Shown here in pieces: positions 38,762 through 50,574 of a stretch of DNA of 64,000 nucleotides (within the stretch, counting starts at the first letter, position 1; each line of letters opens with the position of its first letter). Origin of the DNA: Octopus sinensis (lineage: Eukaryota); contig NC_043008.1 in NCBI RefSeq assembly GCF_006345805.1, positions 49,724,001 to 49,788,000 of the forward strand. Reading direction: 5' to 3'. The position numbers were made by a program, and so were the translations under genes. Below the pieces are notes generated by a model. The model made no database searches and was not told the origin of the DNA. It saw nothing but the letters and a program-made list of their open reading frames with translations.

Positions 38762-41700
38762 AGCAAACAGAATTCAAGGTAAAAATTCTTACTTTGAATA
38801 TGTCAAAATATTTGCTACTGCCTTCTTAAAATATAAAAGCAAACACAGAATTCAAAAAGGTGAAAATTCTTACTTTGAATATGTCAAAATATTTGCAACT
38901 GTCTTCTTAAAATATAAAAGCAAACAGAATTCAAAAAGGTGAAAATTCTTACTTTGAATATGTCAAAATATTTGCTACTGCCTTCTTAAAGTATAAAAGC
39001 AAACAGAATTCAAAAAGGTGAAAATTCTTACTTTGAATATGTCAAAATATTTGCAACTGCCTTCTTAAAATATAAAAGCAAAAACAGAATTCAAAAAGGT
39101 GAAAATTCTTACTTTGAATATGTCAAAATATTTGCTACTGTCTTCTTAAAATAAAAAAGCAAACACAGAATTCAAAAAGGTGAAAATTCTTACTTTGGAT
39201 ATGTCAAAAGATTTGCTACTGTCTTTAAAGTATATTTCAGCCTCACCAATGCCTATTTTTCCTATATTAGTAAAAGCAGAGAATGTCGGGAGATAAGCTA
39301 ACTTTTTGAATGTTAGACTTTGTGAAGAATTTGTTCCACTGCCAGTCACTCCAACAGATATCTTTATTTCTTCTATATATTTAATTAGTTTGGATAGAGA
39401 GCTTAGTTCTATTTTCCACTCAAGACAGAATTCAAAAAGATGAAAATTCTTACTTTGAATATGTCAAAATATTTGCTACTGCCTTCTTAAAATATAAAAG
39501 CAAACACAGAATTCAAAAAGGTGAAAATTCTTACTTTGAATATGTCAAAATATTTGCTACTGTCTTCTTAAAATATAAAAGCAAACACAGAATTTAAAAA
39601 GGTGAAAATTCTTACTTTGAATATGTCAAAATATTTGCAACTGTCTTCTTAAAATATAAAAGCAAACACAGAATTCAAAAAGATGAAAATTCTTACTTTG
39701 AATAGGTCAAAATATTTGCAACTGTCTTCTTAAAATATAAAAGCAAACACAGAATTCAAAAAGGTGAAAATTCTTACTTTGAATATGTCAAAATATTTGC
39801 TACTGCCTTCTTAAAATATAAAAGCAAACAGAATTCAAAAAGGTGAAAATTCTTACTTTGAATATGTCAAAATATTTGCTACTGTCTTCTTAAAATATAA
39901 AAGCAAACACAGAATTCAAAAGGTGAAAATTCTTACTTTGAATATGTCAAAATATTTGCTACTGTCTTCTTAAAATATAAAAGCAAACAGAATTCAAAAA
40001 GGTGAAAATTCTTACTTTGAATATGTCAAAATATTTGCAACTGTCTTCTTAAAATAAAAAAGTAAACACAGAATTCAAAAAGGTGAAAATTCTTACTTTG
40101 GATATGTCAAAAGATTTGCTACTGTCTTTAAAGTATATTTCAGCCTCACCAATGCCTATTTTTCCTATATTAGTAAAAGCAGAGAATGTCGGGAGATAAG
40201 CTAACTTTTTGAATGTTAGACTTTGTGAAGAATTTGTTCCACTGCCAGACACTCCAACAGATATCTTTATTTCTTCTATATTTTTAATTAGTTTGGATAG
40301 AGAGCTTAGTTCTATTTTCCACTCAAGACAGAATTCAAAACACAGAATTCAAAAAGATGAAAATTCTTACTTTGAATATGTCAAAATATTTGCTACTGCC
40401 TTCTTAAAATATAAAAGCAAACACAGAATTCAAAAAGATGAAAATTCTTACTTGGAATATGTCAAATTTTTTTTTTTTTTTTTTTTTGAATATGTCAAAA
40501 TATTTGCTACTGCCTTCTTAAAATATAAAAGCAAACACAGAATTCAAAAAGGTGAAAATTCTTATTTGAATATGTCAAAATATTTGCTACTGCCTTCTTA
40601 AAATAAAAAAGCAAACACAGAATTCAAAAAGGTGAAAATTCTTACTTTGAATATGTCAAAATATTTGCAACTGCCTCTTAAAATATAAAAGCAAACACAG
40701 AATTCAAAAAGGTGAAAATTCTTACTTTGTATATGTCAAAATATTTGCTACTGTCCTCTTAAAATATAAAAGCAAACACAGAATTCAAAAAGGTGAAAAT
40801 TCTTACTTTGAATATGTCAAAATATTTGCAACTGCCTCTTAAAATAAAAAAGCAAACACAGAATTCAAAAAGGGGAAAATTCTTACTTTGGATATGTCAA
40901 AATTTGCTACTGTCTTTAAAGTATATTTCAGCCTCACCAATGCCTATTTTTCCTATATTAGTAAAAGCAGAGAATGTTGGGAGATAAGCTAACTTTTTGA
41001 ATGTTAGACTTTGTGAAGAATTTGTTCCACTGCCAGACACTCCAACAGATATCTTTATTTCTTCTATATTTTTAATTAGTTTGGATAGAGAGCTTAGTTC
41101 TATTTTCCACTCAAGACAGAATTCAAAACACAGAATTCAAAAAGATGAAAATTCTTACTTTGAATATGTCAAAATATTTGCTACTGCCTTCTTAAAATAT
41201 AAAAGCAAACAAGAATTCAAAAAGATGAAAATTCTTACTTTGAATATGTCAAAATATTTGCTACTGCCTTCTTAAAAATAAAAAGCAAACACAGAATTCA
41301 AAAAGGTGAAAATTCTTACTTTGAATATGTCAAAATATTTGCTACTGCCTTCTTAAAATATAAAAGCAAACAGAATTCAAAAAGGGGAAAATTCTTACTT
41401 TGAATATGTCAAAATATTGCTACTGCCTTCTTAAAATAAAAAAGCAAACACAGAATTCAAAAAGGTGAAAATTCTTACTTTGTATATGTCAAAATATTTG
41501 CTACTGTCCTCTTAAAATATAAAAGCAAACACAGAATTCAAAAAGGTGAAAATTCTTACTTTGAATATGTCAAAATATTTGCAACTGCCTTCTTAAAATA
41601 AAAAAGCAAACACAGAATTCAAAAGGAAAATTCTTACTTTGGATATGTCAAAAGATTTGCTACTCCTTTAAAGTATATTTCAGCCTCACCAATGCCTATT

Positions 41701-44700
41701 TTTCCTATATTAGTAAAAGCAGAGAATGTTGGGAGATAAGCTAACTTTTTGAATGTGACTTTGTGAAGAATTTGTTCCACTGCCAGACACTCCAACAGAT
41801 ATCTTTATTCTTCTATATTTTTAATTAGTTTGGATAGAGAGCTTAGTTCTATTTTCCACTCAAGACAGAATTCAAAACACAGAATTCAAAAAGATGAAAA
41901 TTCTTACTTTGAATATGTCAAAATATTTGCTACTGCCTTCTTAAAATATAAAAGCAAACACAGAATTCAAAAAGATGAAAATTCTTACTTTGAATATGTC
42001 AAAATATTTGCTACTGCCTTCTTAAAAATAAAAAGCAAACACAGAATTCAAAAAGGTGAAAATTTTACTTTGAATATGTCAAAATATTTGCTACTGCCTT
42101 CTAAAATATAAAAGCAAACACAGAATTCAAAAAGGTGAAAATTCTTACTTTGAATATGTCAAAATATTTGCAACTGCCTTCTTAAAATATAAAAGCAACA
42201 CAGAATTCAAAAAGGTGAAAATTCTTACTTGTATATGTCAAAATATTTGCTACTGTCCTCTTAAAATATAAAAGCAAACACAGAATTCAAAAAGGTGAAA
42301 ATTCTTACTTTGAATATGTCAAAATATTTGCAACTGCCTTCTTAAAATAAAAAAGCAAACACAGAATTCAAAAGGGGAAAATTCTTACTTGGATATGTCA
42401 AAAGATTTGCTACTGTCTTTAAAGTATATTTCAGCCTCACCAATGCCTATTTTTCCTATATTAGTAAAAGCAGAGAATGTTGGGAGATAAGCTAACTTTT
42501 TGAATGTTAGACTTTGTGAAGAATTTGTTCCACTGCCAGTCACTCCAAAGATATCTTTATTTCTTCTATATTTTTAATTAGTTTGGATAGAGAGCTTAGT
42601 TCTATTTTCCACTCAAGACAGAATTCAAAACACAGAATTCAAAAAGATGAAAATCTTACTTTGATATGTCAAAATATTTGCTACTGCCTTCTTAAATATA
42701 AAAGCAAACACAGAATTCAAAAAGATGAAAATTCTTACTTTGAATATGTCAAAATATTTGCTACTGCCTTCTTAAAATATAAAAGCAAACACAGAATTCA
42801 AAAAGTGAAAATTCTTACTTTGAATATGTCAAAATATTTGCTACTGCCTTCTTAAAATATAAAGCAAACACAGAATTCAAAAAGGTGAAAATTCTTACTT
42901 TGAATATGTCAAAATATTTGCAACTGCCTTCTAAAATATAAAAGCAAACACAGAATTCAAAAAGGTGAAAATTCTTACTTTGTATATGTCAAAATATTTG
43001 CTACTGTCCTCTTAAAATAAAAAGCAAACACAGAATTCAAAAAGGTGAAAATTCAAAATTAAAATTCTTACTTTGAATATGTCAAAATATTTGCAACTGC
43101 CTTCTTAAAATAAAAAAGCAAACACAGAATTCAAAAAGGTGAAAATTCTTACTTTAGATATGTCAAAAGATTTGCTACTGTCTTTAAAGTATATTTCAGC
43201 CTCACCAATGCCTATTTTTCCTATATTAGTAAAAGCAGAGAATGTCGGGAGATAAGCTAACTTTTTGAATGTTAGACTTTGTGAAGAATTTGTTCCACTG
43301 CCAGACACTCCAACAGATATCTTTATTTCTTCTATATTTTTAATTAGTTTGGATAGAGAGCTTAGTTCTATTTTCCACTCAAGACAGAATTCAAAACACA
43401 GAATTCAAAAAGATGAAAATTCTTACTTGAATATGTCAAAATATTTGCTACTACTGCCTTCTTAAAATATAAAAGCAAACACAGAATTCAAAAAGATGAA
43501 AATCTTACTTTGAATATGTCAAAATATTTGCAACTGCCTTCTTAAAATATAAAAGCAAACACAGAATTCAAAAAGGTGAAAATTCTTACTTTGAATATGT
43601 CAAAATATTTGCTACTGCCTTCTTAAAATATAAAAGCAAACACAGAATTCAAAAAGGTGAAAATTCTTACTTTGAATATTTCAAAATATTTGCAACTGCC
43701 TTCTTAAAATATAAAAGCAAACACAGAATTCAAAAAGGTGAAAATTCTTACTTTGTATATGTCAAAATATTTGCTACTGTCCTCTTAAAATATAAAAGCA
43801 AACACAGAATTCAAAAAGGTGAAAATTCTTACTTTGAATATGTCAAAATATTTGCAACTGCCTTATAAAAAAGCAAACACAGAATTCAAAAAGGTGAAAA
43901 TTCTTACTTTGGATATGTCAAAATATTTGCTACTGTCTTTAAAGTATATTTCAGCCTCACCAATGCCTATTTTTCCTATATTAGTAAAAGCAGAGAATGT
44001 TGGGAGATAAGCTAACTTTTTGAATGTTAGACTTTGTGAAGAATTTGTTCCACTGCCAGTCACTCCAACAGATATCTTTATTTCTTCTATATTTTTAATT
44101 AGTTTGGATAGAGAGCTTAGTTCTATTTTCCACTCAAGACAGAATTCAAAACACAGAATTCAAAAAGATGAATATTCTTACTTTGAATATGTCAAAATAT
44201 TTGCTACTGCCTTCTTAAAATAAAAAGCAAACACAGAATTCAAAAAGATGAAAATTCTTACTTTGAATATGTCAAAATATTTGCTACTGCCTTCTTAAAA
44301 TATAAAAGCAAACACAGAATTCAAAAAGGTGAAAATTCTTACTTTGAATATGTCAAAATATTTGCTACTGCCTTCTTAAAATATAAAAGCAAACACAGAA
44401 TTCAAAAAGGTGAAAATTCTTACTTTGAATATGTCAAAATATTTGCAACTGCCTTCTTAAAATATAAAAGCAAACACAGAATTCAAAAAGGTGAAAATTC
44501 TTACTTTGAATATGTCAAAATATTTGCAACTGCCTTCTTAAAATATAAAAGCAAACACAGAATTCAAAAAGGTGAAAATTCTTACTTTGTATATGTCAAA
44601 ATATTTGCTACTGTCCTCTTAAAATATAAAAGCAAACACAGAATTCAAAAAGGTGAAAATTCTTACTTTGAATATGTCAAAATATTTGCAACTGCCTTCT

Positions 44701-45740
44701 TAAAATAAAAAAGCAAACACAGAATTCAAAAAGGTGAAAATTCTTACTTTGGATATGTCAAAATATTTGCTACTGTCTTTAAAGTATATTTCAGCCTCAC
44801 CAATGCCTATTTTTCCTATATTAGTAAAAGCAGAGAATGTCGGGAGATAAGCTAACTTTTTGAATGTTAGACTTTGTGAAGAATTTGTTCCACTGCCAGA
44901 CACTCCAACAGATATCTTTATTTCTTCTATATTTTTAATTAGTTTGGATAGAGAGCTTAGTTCTATTTTCCACTCAAGACAGAATTCAAAACACAGAATT
45001 CAAAAAGATGAAAATTCTTACTTTGAATATGTCAAAATATTTGCTACTGCCTTCTTAAAATATAAAAGCAAACACAGAATTCAAAAAGATGAAAATTCTT
45101 ACTTTGAATATGTCAAAATATTTGCTACTGCCTTCTTAAAATATAAAAGCAAACACAGAATTCAAAAAGGTGAAAATTCTTACTTTGAATATGTCAAAAT
45201 ATTTGCTACTGCCTTCTTAAAATATAAAAGCAAACACAGAATTCAAAAAGGTGAAAATTCTTACTTTGAATATGTCAAAATATTTGCAACTGCCTTCTTA
45301 AAATATAAAAGCAAACACAGAATTCAAAAAGGTGAAAATTCTTACTTTGTATATGTCAAAATATTTGCTACTGTCCTCTTAAAATATAAAAGCAAACACA
45401 GAATTCAAAAAGGTGAAAATTCTTACTTTGAATATGTCAAAATATTTGCAACTGCCTTCTTAAAATAAAAAAGCAAACACAGAATTCAAAAAGGTGAAAA
45501 TTCTTACTTTGGATATGTCAAAAGATTTGCTACTGTCTTTAAAGTATATTTCAGCCTCACCAATGCCTATTTTTCCTATATTAGTAAAAGCAGAGAATGT
45601 TGGGAGATAAGCTAACTTTTTGAATGTTAGACTTTGTGAAGAATTTGTTCCACTGCCAGTCACTCCAACAGATATCTTTATTTCTTCTATATTTTTAATT
45701 AGTTTGGATAGAGAGCTTAGTTCTATTTTCCACTCAAGAT
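38762..45740 (-). repeat. Exon-derived higher-order tandem array: about 60 81-bp monomers plus 9 copies of the domain-3 exon body
   Basis: Monomer period 81 bp (e.g. 45061 to 45142). The ~200-bp unit recurs every ~750-900 bp. On the minus strand the unit plus the adjacent monomer is the coding exon 45508..45740. Confidence 0.95.
45508..45740 (-). CDS. Receptor gene: domain-3 first exon (233 bp, phase 1-0)
   Basis: Strong acceptor CTCCTTTCTTCTTTAG and donor AAA|GTAAGA. Reads D-LEWKIELSSLSKLIKNIEEIKISVG...KSFDISK, with W-x-hydrophobic-x-hydrophobic as in the other domains. Phases join 49163 and 37835. Confidence 0.85.
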
Positions 45741-46049
45741 CTAAAGAAGAAAGGAGAAAATGAAAAGAGCAATGAAAAAATTAAATAGTAGCTGTGATAC
45801 ATTAACAAAAGAAATGTGCTGCAAGAAAAATGATGACTTATTTGACATTTAGAGATTTGAGTTATTCGTCAGCAGAAAACGACTGATTTTCTTAACATTA
45901 ACCTTTGTGTCTTCATGTTTCTGTTGAAATATGTTTAATTTCATTTAATTTTGACAATAATGAAGAATTTATTAAGTAACTTTGCCATTATTAAGCTGAT
46001 GTTTGGAATATGAATTAACATGGAATTTTAATGAAAAGTTGTCATTAAG

Positions 46050-46884
46050 GTCACTTTAAAACAAGGAATTTGTATCATAGAACTAGGGTTTGTTTCAGGT
46101 TGTTTGGTATAGAATGGGTTAAGAAATAAAGGAATGGTAGTTGTAATATTTGTACTTATATTTAATGAGTTGAATAAGTAATAAAAGAAAGAATTATCAT
46201 CAATCTTTTCTAATGAGACTAAACATTTATAATAGAAAATGACAGGCCTCATGGAGACAAAGTGGCCTAGTTCTTTTTGAGTATTGTGCTTCATGGAGGC
46301 AAAGTGACTGAGTTCCTTTTGAGTATTGGGTCTCTCAGTGGCAATGACCAAGACCTTTGGCATTATGTCGTACATGAGATGAAGACCCATCAAACTGAGT
46401 AAAATTGCAGTCATGGCAGGTACCGGTTTTATGCAAATGACACTAATACCAGTGGCACATAAAAGCACCCGTTGCACTCTTGGGGTGTTTGGCATTCAAA
46501 TGGACATCAATCTGTAGGAAACCATGTCAAATTAGACTGGAGTCTGGTGCAGCCTCCCAGCTTACTAGCCCTGGTTAAACCGTCCAACTCATGCCAGCAT
46601 GGACAATGGATGTTAAATGATGATGGTGAGGAGGAATTTGTTGTATGTATGTAGCGTATGTGAATCAAGAAATAAAGAAATGGTAGTTGTCGTTAAAATC
46701 ACTTTAAAACAAGGAATTTGTATCATAGAACTAGGGTTTGTTTCAGGCCGGTTGGTATCAAAAAGGTTAAGAAATAAAGGAATGGTAGCTGTAACATTTA
46801 AAGTTGAGTTATGTTTAATGAGTTGAATAATTTATATAAGACAGAATTATCATCAACAATGTTTACTAATGAGACTAAACATTT
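46050..46884 (+). repeat. Diverged ~180-bp direct repeat flanking an RTE tail insertion
   Basis: TCACTTTAAAACAAGGAATTTGTATCATAGAACTAGGG...AATGAGACTAAACATTT occurs near 46050-46227 and 46699-46884. Confidence 0.8.
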
Positions 46885-47163
46885 TAAATATAGAATTTGT
46901 TGTATGTACATTATGTATGTGAATCAAGAAATAGTGAAACTGTCAAAAGATAACAGCAGGAATACCTCATAAGTCAAATCATAATCGCCTGTTACAATAA
47001 GAATAATCACTTGGAGAGACAAAGCTGAGGGATGAAAATGGGCATTAAAAAGATAATTTTCATTGAGTATCTAAAGACACAAGGTTTCTATAAAGAGCTA
47101 AATTCCAAGATTTTTATAAGCCTGCCAAAACATTTTAGAATGTTCCATGTTGCCCTTAGGAGC

Positions 47164-48369
47164 TGTGGGATGACGTCAGCAGCTGGGGAGCTGACCAGAA
47201 CTTGGGGCTGACCGGAAGGGGCAGCAGTGACGCGTGTGCAGGTAGGGCAGGATTCTGCCTTTCGATCGAGGTCGCTGAGTGAGTAAGACAGGCCAGCATG
47301 TTGTTAAGGTTGGGAAAAGCAGCTGCTATTTCTAGCGTTCGGGTCGAGCTGTGTTGAAGGATCCACTACCGCTGAAGGGTCTCTATCTGAGCGAAGAGAA
47401 GGAAGGTGCCTTTATTTCGAATCTCTCGCATACACCACAAGCTATTTCGGCTCTCCATATAAGACGTCACCACAATGGCGGCGAAAATCAGGATCGCCAG
47501 CAACATTATCAGACCCTTTAATGGTGAAGGTGATGTAGTGACCTGGATGCGTAAAATCAGGCTGGTGGCAAGATTGCAAGGTATAAGCAATGTGGCAAGT
47601 CTTATGGTGCTGTATTTGGAAGGGAGCGCGTTGACGCTATATCTTGAGATGGACGAGAAAGAACGTCTGAGTGAGGAAAAGATAGAGCAACGTCTGAGGG
47701 ATGCCTACAGAGAGTGTGAGTACACAGCTTTTGCTAAGCTGGGTACGATTAGATGGATGGGAGGACAGGTGGACGAATACGCGGCAGAAGTTCGAATGTT
47801 AGCGACGCTGGCTGGGTTTACAGGAGAAGGGCTAGAGAGAGCAGCATGACTGGCGTTCATAAATGGGTTCCCTGACGATGTAGGGATTCACCTACAACAA
47901 TTGACCGGGTGTAAAAAGATGGTGCTGAGCAAACTTGTGACTCAAACCCGCGTGTTGACGCGACACTGGGCGGATGGCGGTGACGGTGGAGTGCTTCGAT
48001 AGACGACGATTGTGGAGAGGGGGAGAATGATGTGCCTGGCTTGAGAAGATCTCGACACGCAAGGCGCCCTCCTGGATGGATGGTGGACTACAATATGGAG
48101 TAGAGAGATTGTGATCTTTAAGATCAGGGTGGTGTGTGGGACGACGTCAGCAGCTGGGAGCTGACCAGAAGGGGCAGAAGTGATGCGCGCGTAGTTAGGG
48201 CAGGATTCTGCCTTTCAATCGAGGTCGCCGTTGTTAAGGTTGGGAAAAGCAGCTGCTATTTCTAGCGTTTGGATCGGGCTGTGTTGAAGGATCCATTACC
48301 GCTGAAGGGTCTCCATCTGAGCGAAGAGAAGGTAGGTGCCTTTATTTCGAATCTCTCACATACACCACA
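47164..48369 (+). mobile_element. Internally deleted (gag-only) LTR retrotransposon, probably Gypsy-type
   Basis: LTRs 47164..47439 and 48135..48369 (TG...CA) with a 5-bp TSD GGAGC. Gag-like ORF 47475..47849 (RPFNGEGDVVTWMRKIRLVARLQ...LYLEGSALTLY). No pol. Confidence 0.92.
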
Positions 48370-49162
48370 GGAGCAAAAGAGCTTTTCTTTTTGTCTGACA
48401 TTGCCTCTCAAAAATAGATTTCAAAAATAATTGGCTGGAAAAATGTTTGTATGTGTTATAATGGAGTTCAGAGATGAAACAGAAATAGTTCAGGTCAATA
48501 CTCTCAGTTATAGTATTATTATCTAAAATATTTCAGATTTGAGGAAGGCTATCTGCATAGCATCACAGGCAAGTGTCTTCCACTATTGCCCCTGGATTTA
48601 AAAGACAGAAACTGAAATCACTCACACACACACACAAAGGTTGTTTTGTCCCCTTAACATCATACAGTAGTTGTAAAATGAGCATCACCATCATGCAAGC
48701 TGTGTCCTTTGTATCAAACCTTCCACAAATTATATACTGACCATAATGAAATATTACAATATTTGGAAACATGTAAGGGTTGGTGACAGGAAGAGCATCC
48801 ATCCATAAAAAATCTAATTAATGAATTCTCTTCTGATTCAAGCAGGCATGGCAAAGTAAACATCAAAATGCCATTGCCACTACCATCACCACCGACAACT
48901 ATAACTGGATATATGACAGAATCTCAATGTAGAGCTATGAAATATTGTTTAGTTTTACATCTTTCAGTTGGAATCTGGTTTTGGAGTTTGGAAGATTAAC
49001 TGTTGATGGTAAATCAACACAGCAGCATGAATCATTTAGAATTCACCTTGCTCACTCTCTTTTTTTATCATTAACAACTTGTAAAAGCCACACAGGCAGC
49101 AAGGTAGAACTACTTCATAGTTTCTAATGAAGTGACATAAGAAATGCCTTCTCTCAACTTAC

Positions 49163-49256
49163 CACTTCTCAATGAACACTCATGGTAAGGATTACTTTGT
49201 TTAAGAAGATAAATACAGGAATATATTTTGGAAGTTTCCATGTTTTTCAGTTTGAT
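49163..49256 (-). CDS. Receptor gene: domain-2 second exon (94 bp, phase 0-1)
   Basis: Acceptor TTTTTTCTTTTACTTTAG and donor G|GTAAGT. Reads IKLKNMETSKIYSCIYLLKQSNPYHECSLRS. Confidence 0.88.
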
Positions 49257-50181
49257 CTAAAGTAAAAGAAAAAAGCAACAAAATTATGTCTCAGGAATTA
49301 TATAGGTTTAGACAGGTGTCATTTTGTTCTGGATCCAGTAATTAAACGGATGAGAAATAATTAACTTATCCATCCACTCAGCAGTTCTATCTCTACAAAT
49401 ATTGATAGCTTTATAGATAGTCATCAAGGCCATGTTTTCAGCAGCTGAACAACAGATGATGGTAGCAGAGAAGGAACCTGGTCTTGTCATCTTAGTATAT
49501 TCATCTTGAAAATATTATTCTATTCTAAATCATAAATTCATGTAGAACTGAATGTAGAAATAGAGAAAACACTAAGTGACAGTTAGGTAAAGAGAAGAAA
49601 GAAAAAATGTTGACTGTTAGGAAGGATGGGGTCATTGTAGGTAGGATAGAGAACAGATAGTTCCAGTAGCATCTTTCATAACACAGAATAAACAGCAAAA
49701 AGGATAAATGGTAAACTTAGGCCTGGCATGAAGTGAACACAGAACAGTGATGTTAAGTCATTCATCCAAACTATCTGCTTTCTAGAAGAGGAAAGAATAA
49801 TCATCAATGCACAGCAGTGCGTTTTACTGAATTATGTGTGGGCATACATGTATGTAACTTATTTTATTTACTCAAATCCAGAAACCCTAAAAACAAGTAA
49901 TAAATTGGTTTCAAATTTTGGAACAAGTTGAGTAAGTTTGTGGGAGGGGATAAGTTGAGACATTGAACCCCAGTGTTTAAATGGTATTTCTGACACTGAA
50001 AGAATGAAAGACAGAATTTGTATTCTGAATGTAAAGATGGATGAAATGCCACTAAACAGCTAATGATTCTACCAGTCTGTCACGTTGAAAACAAGTAGTA
50101 TATTGGAGTTGAGTCAAGCAGTTATACTCTTTTCTAATTGAATAACTAACTAATTCAATAATTAATATAGGGTTTACTCAC

Positions 50182-50387
50182 AGTCTTGTCCAGCCAAAAT
50201 TTTCCTGTTGTCGATAACTCTAGTCTTGACTTTGTATTCATTTTCGTTGGAAGAAAGAACGGTGCATTTGTTGTTTTAGAATTTGCTCTAAACTTTAAGT
50301 AGTTTTTATCATAAGGCTTTATTTCAAAAGAATATTCGTAATTGTCATACGTCTTACTATGTATAACTGACATGTTCCAGTGTACCC
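50182..50387 (-). CDS. Receptor gene: domain-2 first exon (206 bp, phase 1-0)
   Basis: Acceptor CTGTTACTTTCTAG and donor ACT|GTGAGT. Reads G-VHWNMSVIHSK...GKFWLDKT. Confidence 0.88.
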
Positions 50388-50574
50388 CTAGAAAGTAACA
50401 GAACAAATTTGCCCATCAGTGAAAACATTTCAAAATAAATGATCATAACACAATAATTGTTTTATAAGAAGAGCGGATTTAAAATGAAATTATTAGAATA
50501 TGATTGAAAGCCATTTACTTTCTCTGCTCTTCCAATACAGATTAGGACACTTCTTTTCATGTGGAAAATGCTCA

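Noticed and set aside
44860-45468. 202-aa plus-strand ORF of KYKSKHRIQKGENSYFEYVKIFATAFL repeats, and similar ORFs in the array
   Set aside because: By-product of an 81-bp (27-codon) period. The splice signals and the protein similarity are on the minus strand.
38762-45740. CRISPR-like repeat/spacer appearance
   Set aside because: The 'spacers' are near-identical to each other, the repeats are 81 bp and directly tandem, the context is eukaryotic with no cas genes, and the unit is explained by an exon.
46028-46495. 155-aa minus-strand ORF
   Set aside because: It crosses an RTE tail fragment and a local duplication, with no splice or protein support.
49308-49490. 60-aa minus-strand ORF between the two domain-2 exons
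   Set aside because: Wrong entry phase, ends in a stop, and has no donor; the flanking exons join directly.
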